64,000 bases of DNA, from IMG/VR virus record IMGVR_UViG_3300027804_000039, positions 127,096 through 191,095 of that record. One strand, given 5' to 3'. This document shows positions 8,644 through 18,175 of this stretch, in pieces (the stretch's first letter is position 1; each line of letters opens with the position of its first letter). The translations under genes and the position numbers were made by a program. The stretch comes from a virus. Under the pieces are notes generated by a model. That model searched no databases. It saw only the letters and a program-made list of their open reading frames with translations, and was not told where the DNA came from.

Positions 8644-9246
8644 ATGCCTAATTGGTGCAATAACACAGTAGAAGTATATCATCCGGACCCATCCAAGCTC
8701 AAGGCTTTGGTAGAGGCGTTTAACGAAGGTAAGTTCTGTAATCATATCATTCCAGTGCCCAAAGAGCTCACTGAGACTGTAGCAGGACATTGCGGCGAGG
8801 GTTATGCTCAGGACTTGAATCAGTTCAAGATGGAACTGAACCTAAAATACTTTGGTGCCAAAGACTGGTATGACTTCTGTGTTGCACGATGGGGCACTAA
8901 ATGGGATGTAGGCGGCGACAATGCCTACAGCGATCCTGTAGAGCTCAAAGAAGGCCAGAATGATGTGACCTTGGGCTTTGATAGTGCATGGAGCCCTCCT
9001 GTTGGTGTATATGAGGCTATGGTTGAGCAAGGCTTCAGCGTTCGTGCATACTACTATGAGCCTGGCATGGCATTTGCTGGTGTATGGTGGGACGGTGATG
9101 ATAATTACTTTGAATACGGTGGCTTGACCAGCGAGCAGATCAAAGAGGAACTGCCCAGCGATTTGGACGAGTGCTTTGGCATCAGTGAGTCAGTCGCAGA
9201 ATGGGAAGCAGAAAACGAAGAAGAGGAAGAACATGACAGCAAGTAA
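8644..9246 (+). CDS. YubB/DUF1281-like ferredoxin-fold protein
   Basis: MPNWCNN, WGTKWDV, FDSAWSPP and YYEPGMAFAG motifs. Confidence 0.75.
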   Translation: MPNWCNNTVEVYHPDPSKLKALVEAFNEGKFCNHIIPVPKELTETVAGHCGEGYAQDLNQFKMELNLKYFGAKDWYDFCVARWGTKWDVGGDNAYSDPVELKEGQNDVTLGFDSAWSPPVGVYEAMVEQGFSVRAYYYEPGMAFAGVWWDGDDNYFEYGGLTSEQIKEELPSDLDECFGISESVAEWEAENEEEEEHDSK

Positions 9247-9296
9247 AGAAGCAATGGATCAACTAGACGCTATCATAGCTCGATGGATTAAGGATC

Positions 9297-9572
9297 GTGA
9301 GTAAGCTCGAATTCTACTGTAGACCATTGGTTGCCTTTGATCCTAACAACAAGGATCATAGGCGCTGGTACTACCAATTCATTGAATATGGCGGCTGGGG
9401 CAAGTGCCCGGTTAGGTTCATTTGCCCTGAGGATTCGGGCTCAGACTTGACCATTATGATCCGCAACCAATTGATTGATTTCTATGTCCGAAAGGAGTTC
9501 GAACGAGCAAACAAGAAAACGGTTGTCCAAAATGTAAAGAAAACGGTTGACAAGCAACCAAAAAAGCGTTAA
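9297..9572 (+). CDS. Hypothetical protein
   Basis: 91-aa ORF with a GTG start. Confidence 0.7.
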   Translation: MSKLEFYCRPLVAFDPNNKDHRRWYYQFIEYGGWGKCPVRFICPEDSGSDLTIMIRNQLIDFYVRKEFERANKKTVVQNVKKTVDKQPKKR

Positions 9573-9581
9573 AATACGAAC

Positions 9582-10001
9582 ATGCTAAGGAAACTGGCAT
9601 ATAACTTAAACCACAGAAAGAGAGATACACACATGGCTACAGATAAACTTTTTACCGTTTGCGGCGTTTCAAAACATCCCGACCTGGGCTATAAGGTTCG
9701 ATTTGCTACCGACATCATGCGAATCAAGAACCTCGCCAAGTCAGGTCATGAGGACATTCGTCTTGCTGAGCTGGACACTGCTGTCACCAAGTATGAAGCA
9801 GTTACACAGATCAAGGGCATGGACGAGTTTCAAGATGCCGCAGCACAGTCTGCAATCGCTGAGTACCTTGAGGACAATGCTCCTAAGGCACCTAAGGCTA
9901 AGGCAGCTCCTAAAGCTAAGACCGTCCCTGCTGCTAAGGCTCCTAAGGCCAAGGCTGCTGCTAAGACTGTTGACGCAGACCTCGAAGACGCTCCATTCTA
10001 A
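9582..10001 (+). CDS. Putative nucleoid-binding protein with Lys/Ala/Pro-rich tail
   Basis: APKAPKAKAAPKAK... histone-H1-like tail; start at 9582 (leaderless) or 9633. Confidence 0.7.
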   Translation: MLRKLAYNLNHRKRDTHMATDKLFTVCGVSKHPDLGYKVRFATDIMRIKNLAKSGHEDIRLAELDTAVTKYEAVTQIKGMDEFQDAAAQSAIAEYLEDNAPKAPKAKAAPKAKTVPAAKAPKAKAAAKTVDADLEDAPF

Positions 10002-10004
10002 GCA

Positions 10005-10208
10005 ATGCGGTACGGGTGCTCTCTAAGTGACGATTACACACCTAACCGTGTGGTCATCCGTGACTTTGAGAGTTCACCCAAAGGCCGCGTTCTATGCGTC
10101 ATTGCTAGGGACAACCTGCACGAAGCGAACCAAATAGCACAGAATCTTTGTGACCTTTTAAACCATCAATACCAAAATGAGCTGGACTCAATACGAAGTA
10201 TGGGCTGA
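10005..10208 (+). CDS. Hypothetical protein
   Basis: 67-aa ORF filling the gap; weak RBS. Confidence 0.45.
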   Translation: MRYGCSLSDDYTPNRVVIRDFESSPKGRVLCVIARDNLHEANQIAQNLCDLLNHQYQNELDSIRSMG

Positions 10209-10365
10209 ACTAGACGGCCATCAGGAACTTCTTGAAACTACACACAGTAAGAAAGAAGCTATTCAGATAGCAGAGAAACACTTTAATGACGGGTGCGACT
10301 TTGTTGAAGTATTTGAAGAAACCGCAGATGGCGACTACTCATCCATCAAACAGCTAAGTAGATAA
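10177..10365 (+). CDS. Hypothetical protein
   Basis: 62-aa ORF. Confidence 0.65.
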   Translation: MSWTQYEVWAELDGHQELLETTHSKKEAIQIAEKHFNDGCDFVEVFEETADGDYSSIKQLSR

Positions 10366-10371
10366 CACTTA

Positions 10372-10449
<78 letters not shown>

Positions 10450-10452
10450 ATT

Positions 10453-10529
10453 CTGCCCGTAGCTCAACTGGATAGAGCAACAGCCTTCTAAGCTGTAGGT
10501 CGGGGGTTCGAGTCCCTCCGGGCAGGCCA
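10453..10529 (+). tRNA. tRNA-Arg(TCT)
   Basis: CTGCCCG/CGGGCAG acceptor, ACAGC-CTTCTAA-GCTGT anticodon arm, TTCGA T-loop, encoded CCA. Confidence 0.95.
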
Positions 10530-10596
10530 CTTTCGGTTGACACACTCCTTGTTTGGTGCTATACTATAGGCTAAGTTAAACAAAAGGAGCGACACA

Positions 10597-10824
10597 ATGG
10601 CATTCACCCTAGAATCTCGAGACAACTACGATACCCGTCACGGCGGCCCTTTTGACCGTGGATCAGCTGACAGTTACTATGGGCGTGGTCGTAACCCTCA
10701 CTACTATGTTGGTGGCACTGGCACCAGCGAGCGAGTAGAGACCCTAACACCCGCAGAAGTCCAGGCCTACCTAGCAGGCTACCAGTACAACGAGCAGTTT
10801 GGCGATAAGAAAGACTGGGGCTAA
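10597..10824 (+). CDS. Hypothetical early protein (RHGGPFDRGSADSYY)
   Basis: Own promoter and AGGAGCG. Confidence 0.8.
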   Translation: MAFTLESRDNYDTRHGGPFDRGSADSYYGRGRNPHYYVGGTGTSERVETLTPAEVQAYLAGYQYNEQFGDKKDWG

Positions 10825-10889
10825 ACGGTTGACAACTTCTGCCCAATTTGCTATACTGTAGGCTAAGTTAAACAAAAGGAGCGAACCTT

Positions 10890-11285
10890 ATGATGCTAGT
10901 AATCGACACGCAGTACATGGAAAACTACGGCGCCCACGATTGGGACGGCAAGGGCGAGTGCCCACAGTACTGGAAAGCCAAGGGCGGCAGTGAGTTCAAG
11001 GTTACTGGCATTCCCCGCAACGTCGATGTAGACCATGTGCTGTTCATGCTGGGCCAGGAAGTTCAGTGGAGTGACAACGGTTCAACCAGCACCGTTATTG
11101 GCACACACATCGAGGAGGATGACTACCTCAGCTGGTTTGAGAAGTCACAGATGGAGTACGATGGTCGTGTGGTGTTCGCAGAGCCCAGCATCAGCTATGC
11201 AGACCTTTGCATTGAAGAGCAGGCACGTCAGCAAGAATACGCTGAAATTGCCGCAGACCTTGACGCAATCTACTACGGAGCTTAA
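10890..11285 (+). CDS. Hypothetical early protein (TQYMENYG...YWKAKGG)
   Basis: Own promoter and AGGAGCG. Confidence 0.8.
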   Translation: MMLVIDTQYMENYGAHDWDGKGECPQYWKAKGGSEFKVTGIPRNVDVDHVLFMLGQEVQWSDNGSTSTVIGTHIEEDDYLSWFEKSQMEYDGRVVFAEPSISYADLCIEEQARQQEYAEIAADLDAIYYGA

Positions 11286-11286
11286 T

Positions 11287-11475
11287 ATGAAATCAGCAGG
11301 CTTTTTGTTGGCAGTTGGATTCCTACTTACCTTTGGTGCTGTAGGCGGTATTGAAAACGATGGTCCACTGGTGGACTGTTTGATTGTAGCAGTCCTGGGC
11401 CTGGCCATCATGGGCTGTGGATCTTTGATGTTGCACAAGGCCAAGCGCCCGGTTGACAACCCCACGCTTTGGTAA
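11287..11475 (+). CDS. Small two-helix membrane protein
   Basis: MKSAGFLLAVGFLL...; C-terminal part of track ORF 11035..11475; GGAG upstream. Confidence 0.65.
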   Translation: MKSAGFLLAVGFLLTFGAVGGIENDGPLVDCLIVAVLGLAIMGCGSLMLHKAKRPVDNPTLW

Positions 11476-11513
11476 TATAATACATACTTCAACAACGCAA
11501 ACAGGAGCGAAAC

Positions 11514-11864
11514 ATGTCTGCACTCAACTACACCAAAGAGCAAGTCGAGCAAATCGTCAAAGAAGCACAGACTGCTGCATACAAGGCCGCAATGGAGTTC
11601 TTCTACGATAAGTTGGGCGGCAAGGACCAATATGCTTGTGGCTTTGCTTGGGTTAACATTTACAAAGTCCGAGGCAACACCAAAGTTGGCATGGCTCTGA
11701 AAGCTGCAGGCATTCGTCCCAGCTATCAAGGCGGCCTGCAGATGTGGAACCCAAGTGGCATGGGTGTGCAGAATGTGGACACTCTGGAAGCGGGTGCAGA
11801 AGCAGCAGCGGCAGTGTTTACCAAGTATGGTTTTGAAGCCTACGCAGGTAGCCGACTAGATTGA
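11514..11864 (+). CDS. Hypothetical early protein (YACGFAWV)
   Basis: Own promoter and AGGAGCG. Confidence 0.8.
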   Translation: MSALNYTKEQVEQIVKEAQTAAYKAAMEFFYDKLGGKDQYACGFAWVNIYKVRGNTKVGMALKAAGIRPSYQGGLQMWNPSGMGVQNVDTLEAGAEAAAAVFTKYGFEAYAGSRLD

Positions 11865-11919
11865 CACAAGAGCCGCAAGGCTCTATAATTAATGTTTTAA
11901 ACACACAGGAGCGCAATAA

Positions 11920-12813
11920 ATGGGACGACCCGCTGGTAGCAAGAACAAGGTTATGACTCTGGAAAGCCTTAAGAGCATGGCTGTAGAATCTAAGAGCCTA
12001 GAGCAGGCCAAGATTGAAAAGGACCTCAGCAAAGAGTCTGACGAAAGCATTATGGCACGTTTGGGCCAACGTTTTGAAATCCTTGAAGACATGACTCGCG
12101 CTGTAAAGAAAGGCGACGTTCGTGCAATGATTGTAACTGGTCCTCCAGGCGTTGGCAAGAGCTTTGGTGTTGAAAAGGTTCTGGGCAAGCATGATGTGTT
12201 TGCTGATGTAGCCAATGACTCAAAGCTGAAAAAGTACGAAGTAGTCAAGGGCGCCATGTCAGCCATTGGCTTGTACAAGAAGCTGTATGAGTTTAGTGAT
12301 AAGAAGTGTATCCTAGTGTTTGATGACTGTGACAGTGTGCTATTGGACGACTTGAGCCTTAACATTCTAAAGGCTGCACTAGACTCTAGCAAGAAGCGTA
12401 CCATTCACTGGAACACTGACAGCAGACTGTTACGTCAAGAAGGTGTGCCCAATAGCTTTGAGTTCAAGGGCGGTGCTATCTTTATCAGTAACATCAAGTT
12501 CGATCACGTTAAGAGCAAGAAGCTGCGTGACCATTTAGAAGCATTGGAAAGCCGTTGCCACTACTTGGACTTGACTATTGATACTGTACGTGAGAAGCTG
12601 CTGCGTATACGTCAAGTGGTACGTGACTGTGGCATGCTGGATGACTATGCATTTGATGATAGTACTAAGACAGAAGTAGTAGAGTTTATAGCTGCCAACG
12701 CTGCTCGTATGCGTGAGCTGAGCCTGCGTATGGTGCTAAAGGTAGCGGACCTGCGTAAGAGTATGCCCACTAACTGGCAGGCCGTTGCTGAAGTAACTTG
12801 TATGAGGCACTAA
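11920..12813 (+). CDS. AAA+ ATPase with an N-terminal AT-hook-like motif
   Basis: Walker A GPPGVGKS, Walker B LVFDDCD; N-terminus MGRPAGSKNK. Confidence 0.85.
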   Translation: MGRPAGSKNKVMTLESLKSMAVESKSLEQAKIEKDLSKESDESIMARLGQRFEILEDMTRAVKKGDVRAMIVTGPPGVGKSFGVEKVLGKHDVFADVANDSKLKKYEVVKGAMSAIGLYKKLYEFSDKKCILVFDDCDSVLLDDLSLNILKAALDSSKKRTIHWNTDSRLLRQEGVPNSFEFKGGAIFISNIKFDHVKSKKLRDHLEALESRCHYLDLTIDTVREKLLRIRQVVRDCGMLDDYAFDDSTKTEVVEFIAANAARMRELSLRMVLKVADLRKSMPTNWQAVAEVTCMRH

Positions 12814-12827
12814 GACCTCAGCAAGGT

Positions 12828-12914
12828 GGCCACTGACCCGATTCGCTCCCGGTGATGTGGTCGAGTTGTGCCCCAGGATATCCGATTCGCTCCCGGTGTC
12901 CTGGGGATTTTTTT
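12828..12914 (+). ncRNA. Putative 3'-UTR small RNA: two hairpins with an identical ATTCGCTCC loop, the second also a terminator
   Basis: 17-bp direct repeat CCGATTCGCTCCCGGTG (12838-12854, 12882-12898); stem CCCCAGGATATCCG/CGGTGTCCTGGGG followed by T7; G-U pairs favour the plus strand. Confidence 0.6.
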
Positions 12915-13109
12915 GATTGAATGATCGAAAAAAGATTTCGAAATGGTGAGGGGGGTCGGGGTATATATTATATTTTTGTTGTTTTTTACAACAGCGCAAG
13001 CCTAAATTTTCACCCCATATAGGTGTAAAATCACCACCCTGAGAGGAAATAGTAGCTATTTTAAATTTTTCGCGCACCAATTTTTTTAGGCTACAGGACC
13101 CATTCTGGA

Positions 13110-13763
13110 CTAAACGTCCGCGCCCAGTCTACGCAACATTGTATAAGCATTCTTCTTAAATGCTTCAAATCCTGCGCTATGTGCCACTGGAGCCAGTCCT
13201 TGATTGATGTCTGCAATAGCAAACTTTCCCACTCCAATTTCTCTAACATCATTTAGCTGTGTTCTAATATCGCCTATGGTTGCGTCCAGGCGTTCAGCAG
13301 TACGTTTTAAGTTGGGCATACCATAGTACTTGCTGATACCGTTTTCTGTACCTTTGTTAATCCATCCATCCGGACCAATGCCAAATATAGGATACCACTT
13401 GCCAGCTGCTACACCTTTTTTACCTGCATCTCCAGTACTCAAATAAAATGGTACACGCACACCGTCCACTGGCACTATTACTATAGCTCGCCCGTCATAG
13501 TTAACCACTGGTACCGCACGTTCCACAAAAGTATTCTTTGACTTGTCCCATATTTTAGTTGCCATGGGCTCTAGCTTGACTCCAGCTTGACTGGCTCTTG
13601 ATGCTATTTGATCAGCTAATATAGCCACCTTTGGTGCTGCAGTTGCTGCTGCATTGCCCATTTTAGGCACAACCTTTGTGGCTGTGTCAGCAGTCTTTTG
13701 TGCAAATGTCTTCATTAGAGCATTTACCATAGCTGCGTTTTCAATGATTTCTTTGACTTTCAT
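13110..13763 (-). CDS. Late protein, possible capsid-internal/injected protein
   Basis: Start moved to MKVKEIIE (13763), 7 nt after TATAAATA; Ala-rich linker then a globular domain (PFYLSTG...KWYPIFG). Confidence 0.7.
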   Translation of the reverse strand: MKVKEIIENAAMVNALMKTFAQKTADTATKVVPKMGNAAATAAPKVAILADQIASRASQAGVKLEPMATKIWDKSKNTFVERAVPVVNYDGRAIVIVPVDGVRVPFYLSTGDAGKKGVAAGKWYPIFGIGPDGWINKGTENGISKYYGMPNLKRTAERLDATIGDIRTQLNDVREIGVGKFAIADINQGLAPVAHSAGFEAFKKNAYTMLRRLGADV

Positions 13764-13766
13764 GGT

Positions 13767-13776
13767 TAAATATTTA
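13767..13776. promoter_or_regulatory. Palindromic bidirectional T4-type late promoter TAAATATTTA
   Basis: TAAATA on both strands, 5 nt before ATG 13778 (+) and 7 nt before ATG 13763 (-). Confidence 0.7.
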
Positions 13777-13777
13777 T

Positions 13778-14020
13778 ATGCAACAATACTATGTACTAAC
13801 TTTAGAACCCAGATGTGGCGAAGTGTTTCGCTGGATAGAGTCACATCAACTGGACTACGAAGTACACTTGAATCGTACACGCTTTTGGATACCCAAAGAT
13901 AGTCTGTTACAAACAGAGTTTTTACTGCGTTTTAGTGAATGCTGTGGTACTGTGGATGAATCATTAGATACACTTACTGGCATGCCCAAAGTTGGTGTGC
14001 TAGATTCTAGGCCCAAGTAA
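13778..14020 (+). CDS. Hypothetical protein
   Basis: 80-aa ORF directly after the late box. Confidence 0.7.
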   Translation: MQQYYVLTLEPRCGEVFRWIESHQLDYEVHLNRTRFWIPKDSLLQTEFLLRFSECCGTVDESLDTLTGMPKVGVLDSRPK

Positions 14021-14258
14021 GCAAAAATAGCGTACGGTGTTTTTCCCATTTGAAGGCTACGCAGGCTTCCCATGAGTTATGATCTCTTTGTGTAGCCCAT
14101 GCCCAGCGAGTCCAGTGGCCGCCCACATATTGATTTAACCATTGTTCCATGGTGAGATAACCTTGTATCCAATCCATTTGGATCTGTGGTTGAGGCCAGG
14201 GTGCAGTGGCTATGTAGTCAAAGTCATGATACTCTGGCAAATAGTAGCTGGTAGGCAT
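14007..14258 (-). CDS. Hypothetical Trp-rich protein
   Basis: Start moved to MPTSYY, 5 nt after TAAATA (14264-14269). Confidence 0.7.
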   Translation of the reverse strand: MPTSYYLPEYHDFDYIATAPWPQPQIQMDWIQGYLTMEQWLNQYVGGHWTRWAWATQRDHNSWEACVAFKWEKHRTLFLLTWA

Positions 14259-14311
14259 ACAAATATTTATGGCTGAGCTAACAGAACACACCAACTTGTG
14301 CGTACCGTTAC

Positions 14312-14398
14312 CGCTTCGCGGCTTGTTAGCTTTTAGCCGGCGCTTCGCGGGTGCGAATTTTTTGCTGAGCTTCGCTGTAAAAAAGCGCGGAGCTTCGC
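14312..14398 (-). repeat. Four GCGAAGC mini-hairpin motifs
   Basis: Plus-strand GCTTCGC at 14313, 14342, 14369 and 14392. Confidence 0.75.
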
Positions 14399-16174
14399 TT
14401 AGGCTGTTACACCTTTAAGCACAAAGAAGCTGATTTGTGGAGCATCTGATACTGTAATAGCTACTGGAACATACACACTGATACGGAAACTGCCGTTGGT
14501 TACTTGTGTTACTTGTGGTATGTACACGTTGGCAGCGTTGGTACCAGTTACTTTGTTTACTATGATTTGGTCGTCTGTAGTAACCAATGTGTTGTTGACT
14601 GTAAAGCTGAATGTACCTGCTGATGCTGTGGTGTTGAACAAGGTAATACGTCCTGACAACTTGTTCAAACTAACTGCTGTGGTTCTGTTGGTGCCTTGTG
14701 TTACTGTACCGCCTTGACCTGTAGCATAACCCATGCCGCCGGTGTTGTTTACTCTCAACTGTGTAGTCAATGTGCCCACGCTGACAATATTGGTTGATCC
14801 TGCCCAAGTGCTGATGGCTGTGTTTTCCACGTTGCCCAGACCTACTGATGATTTTGATACGCCGCTTACTGTGCCTGTAAACGTTGGGTTTTCAAACATT
14901 GTGGCTTTGCTTTCATTGGTTACATTACCCAAGCCAACCATTGCAGCTGTGATGCCCGATACTGTGCCAGTAAATGTTGGGCTGGCGCTGGCAACCAATA
15001 CTCCGCCTGTGCCTGTAAATCCTGTTATACCTCTAGACAATAGTGTAACTGTAGTACCAGTGAAAGTTGGATCTGTAAACATGGTAGCCTTGCTTTCGTT
15101 GGTCACTTGATCTAGTCCTACCATGGCGGCAGTGATGCCTGTAACTGTGCCGGTAAATGCAGGGCTTTCTATTGTGGCATAGATATTCAAAGGCGGTGTG
15201 TTGGTAAAGTTTGTATAGTCTAGGTAGTATACACCATCGTTACCGTCTAGTGTGTCGGCATCCACGTTAGAACCGCCCGCCGCAATATCAGCTGCAGGTT
15301 TCCAAGCTGTACCGTCCCATTTTAACACCTGCCCTGTTGTGGGCGGTGTGCTGGCTGTGTCTACGTCGCTCAATGCGTTAATACTTGCACCAATAACACC
15401 CGTCACAGTCAAGTTACCTGAAATGCTGGTGCTCTTGCCCAGAGTAATTGTGCTAACACTGGTACTGATAGTTGAGCCACTGAATGTAATCAAACCTGTA
15501 GTAGCCACAGCTGATCCGCCAATAGTAGATCCTGCTGGTAAGTTAACAGTACCCGAGCCTAGGTTTACAGTTCCTGTAAACGTAGGATTGTTAAACATTG
15601 TGGCTTTGCTTTCGTTGGTTACGTTGCCTAACCCTAAACTAGTGGCAGTTATACTAGTAGGGCGCCAACGACTGGCTGCTGTGTCCCAACGTAGTACTTG
15701 ATTATTGGTAGGTGCATAAGCACCGCTGGCATCCACATCAGCCACATCATCTAAACTGTTGATGCTGGTTCCGCCTGCACTACTGATAACTCCGTTAGTG
15801 ATAGTAATGGTTGTTCCGTCAACTTTTACCAATCCCAGTGTGCTGGTAGTAGCTGTGCCTATAACAGGCTTGTCAGTTAGGTCGTTGTAACTGCCAGAAA
15901 AGATAGTTGGGCGGTTGGTTAGATCCAAGTAACTGCCTGAAACTGCCACAGGACTGAATACTGGAATAGTGGGTTTGTTCTGTATGTTGGCCCAGTCTAG
16001 TTGAGTAGCTACCCAATCTCTACTGGCCAAGGTAGTTCCGCCCTTGTCAGCGCCGTTGAATATTCTCAGCGTTTCTCTATTGCGGTCGTAGAACAGTTCT
16101 CCTAGACTGCCACCAATGGCATCTAGACTTTGTTGTGTTTTGGCTTGTAATCTTAGACTACGTAATACGGACAT
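14399..16174 (-). CDS. Tail-fibre-like virion protein
   Basis: Thr/Gly/Ser-rich; repeats GLGNVTNESKATMFxxPTFTG, PDLTNKP-like and LxDV motifs; TAAATA upstream. Confidence 0.8.
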   Translation of the reverse strand: MSVLRSLRLQAKTQQSLDAIGGSLGELFYDRNRETLRIFNGADKGGTTLASRDWVATQLDWANIQNKPTIPVFSPVAVSGSYLDLTNRPTIFSGSYNDLTDKPVIGTATTSTLGLVKVDGTTITITNGVISSAGGTSINSLDDVADVDASGAYAPTNNQVLRWDTAASRWRPTSITATSLGLGNVTNESKATMFNNPTFTGTVNLGSGTVNLPAGSTIGGSAVATTGLITFSGSTISTSVSTITLGKSTSISGNLTVTGVIGASINALSDVDTASTPPTTGQVLKWDGTAWKPAADIAAGGSNVDADTLDGNDGVYYLDYTNFTNTPPLNIYATIESPAFTGTVTGITAAMVGLDQVTNESKATMFTDPTFTGTTVTLLSRGITGFTGTGGVLVASASPTFTGTVSGITAAMVGLGNVTNESKATMFENPTFTGTVSGVSKSSVGLGNVENTAISTWAGSTNIVSVGTLTTQLRVNNTGGMGYATGQGGTVTQGTNRTTAVSLNKLSGRITLFNTTASAGTFSFTVNNTLVTTDDQIIVNKVTGTNAANVYIPQVTQVTNGSFRISVYVPVAITVSDAPQISFFVLKGVTA

Positions 16175-16216
16175 GGTAAATTCCTAGTTTAACTAGTATA
16201 TTTACCCAAACTTTGG

Positions 16217-16660
16217 CTAGTCTTTTGAATAGTATTCGTAGTTAACGCTAGTAGGGTTTTCTCTACGAATTGTTGCACCGTTCTTTAGATGAAAACGTTT
16301 GGCCATTTCTGTTTGTGGACTGAGGGTTACGATGTTTTTAATATCCTTGTACTCAGTTTTCAGCCATTCAGCAGCCGCCTTGATCAACTGTTGTCCTGCG
16401 CCAGGTGCATAACTCCAAATAGTGTAGAATACCGCAACATCGTGTGTTTCCGCCAGTTCTTTGAGATCATCTTCATCTTCGGGAATATCTCTCAGCCATT
16501 GCATACAAGTAGCCGCCAGGACTTCCTCTCCTGCTTTAAGAATCAAGATTTCAGCAAGGTCATTGACTCGCTGTTCAAGAGGAATGTGTGGACGAACTGG
16601 GTCGTCCTTGATGACTTTTACGAATGGATCATTTAGATCCTTGATGTGATGCAACTCCAT
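16217..16660 (-). CDS. GNAT-fold acetyltransferase-like protein
   Basis: YAPGAGQQLI (motif A-like) and AKRFHLKNG (motif B-like). Confidence 0.55.
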   Translation of the reverse strand: MELHHIKDLNDPFVKVIKDDPVRPHIPLEQRVNDLAEILILKAGEEVLAATCMQWLRDIPEDEDDLKELAETHDVAVFYTIWSYAPGAGQQLIKAAAEWLKTEYKDIKNIVTLSPQTEMAKRFHLKNGATIRRENPTSVNYEYYSKD

Positions 16661-16725
16661 GGCGTTCTCCGGCGGTATTATATGCGTATTTATTATAACA
16701 CCAAGAAAACTGCATTACAAGTAGA

Positions 16726-18159
16726 TTACACCAAGTCGTCACCGGGTAAGTTGTTCAAAAGTTCTCTCAGTTTGCTGCTTTCAACATTGGCTTTGACTTT
16801 TGGAGCACCGCCTAAACTGTTAGGATCTACTTCACCTGTTTGCGGATCTACTACAGTTTGCCTTTGTTTAATTTGATTAAGCAAACTAGATCCTGCGCTA
16901 GGAGCACCATTTCCATAACTATCTTCTTCTGCCAAGTCAGTAATACGCAGACTGTCAATGTTGAACTCCAAGTCAATCTTTTGTCCAACACCGCTTGAAC
17001 TACGAGTTTTCATCAGCTGTAATTGATATCTACCACGTTCACGCATCGCTCTGCTTGTAAAGATACCAAACACGTTGTCTGCTGTTTGAATCTTAGAAAG
17101 TCCACCCGAAATATGACTGTGGTCAAATTCAACTTCTTCTACCGCACCTCGATTTAACTGTGCCGCCGTTACACAAATACATTGTTTTTCCATTGCCAAG
17201 TTACGCAATTCTTCACTGACATATTTGTCTTTAACGAACAAGTTCTCTGCAGATATCTTTTTGCCAATAGGCATTAACAAGTCCAAGTAGTCTACTAATA
17301 GTACATCTACTTTACGTTCCATTTTGATTTCATACTCTTTCATATAGGAACGTATGTCATTTACGGTCTTCCCAGACGGCATATACTTGACTTGAAACTG
17401 CCCTGATTTTTTACCAATCATACGAACTTTCATCTCAACATCGTCGATGTTCTTAAACACTTCCTTTGTTGGCATTCCAGTTAACATGGCATCCATACGC
17501 ATACTAACCAACTCTTCGCTAAGTTCAAGACTTAGATATACAACATTTAAACCTTGTAGTGCCCAGTTCAAGCCAAGGTTAGCAAGAAAGAGGGACTTAC
17601 CTGCACCAGAACCACCGGCAAAAATGTTAAGTTCTCCACGGTTCATACCTCCAAACAATTTGTCATCTATAGCTTTCCAACCAGTACTGATCTGGCCGTT
17701 TTTATCTTTAATACGCAGCAGACGAGCACGAGGATCTAGAAAGTAATCTGTACCCATGTCTTTTTGTAGACCAATTTGCACAGCCTTTTTAATCTTTTCT
17801 TCTACTGATCCATACTCACCTTTTTCCAACATGTCTGCCGATTCAAGAATAGCTCTTTCGAGACCTTTGTGTCTAGTAAATGTTTCGAAGTCGTTCATTA
17901 GCCAGTCAAAGTGTTCTTCACGCAAGTCGCTAGGAACTTTGAAATCTGCGCCTGTGGCTGCATTAACAATAGTTTCTGTTGGAACTACACTATGTTCTTT
18001 AACATAGTTATTGATAAAATCTGCAGCTGTTTGTAATTTTCTATCAAACAATGTGTGGTCAAAAATTGCCTGACAACGACTAAACGTTGCCGCATCTGCC
18101 AGCATCATTTCTAAATAAACTTTTTGTATTTCGTAACCGTAATCAGTATTCTGTTTCAT
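16726..18159 (-). CDS. gp41: Replicative DnaB-family helicase (T4 gp41-like)
   Basis: FAGGSGAGKS Walker A, LSLELSE, LLVDYLDL, TAAQLNR, LMKTR motifs. Confidence 0.93.
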   Translation of the reverse strand: MKQNTDYGYEIQKVYLEMMLADAATFSRCQAIFDHTLFDRKLQTAADFINNYVKEHSVVPTETIVNAATGADFKVPSDLREEHFDWLMNDFETFTRHKGLERAILESADMLEKGEYGSVEEKIKKAVQIGLQKDMGTDYFLDPRARLLRIKDKNGQISTGWKAIDDKLFGGMNRGELNIFAGGSGAGKSLFLANLGLNWALQGLNVVYLSLELSEELVSMRMDAMLTGMPTKEVFKNIDDVEMKVRMIGKKSGQFQVKYMPSGKTVNDIRSYMKEYEIKMERKVDVLLVDYLDLLMPIGKKISAENLFVKDKYVSEELRNLAMEKQCICVTAAQLNRGAVEEVEFDHSHISGGLSKIQTADNVFGIFTSRAMRERGRYQLQLMKTRSSSGVGQKIDLEFNIDSLRITDLAEEDSYGNGAPSAGSSLLNQIKQRQTVVDPQTGEVDPNSLGGAPKVKANVESSKLRELLNNLPGDDLV

Positions 18160-18175
18160 CTAATGATTATACACT

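Noticed and set aside
9989-9996. GACGCTCC as a further anti-RBS element
   Set aside because: It lies inside coding sequence (EDAPF), is not in a hairpin loop and lacks the TTCG part
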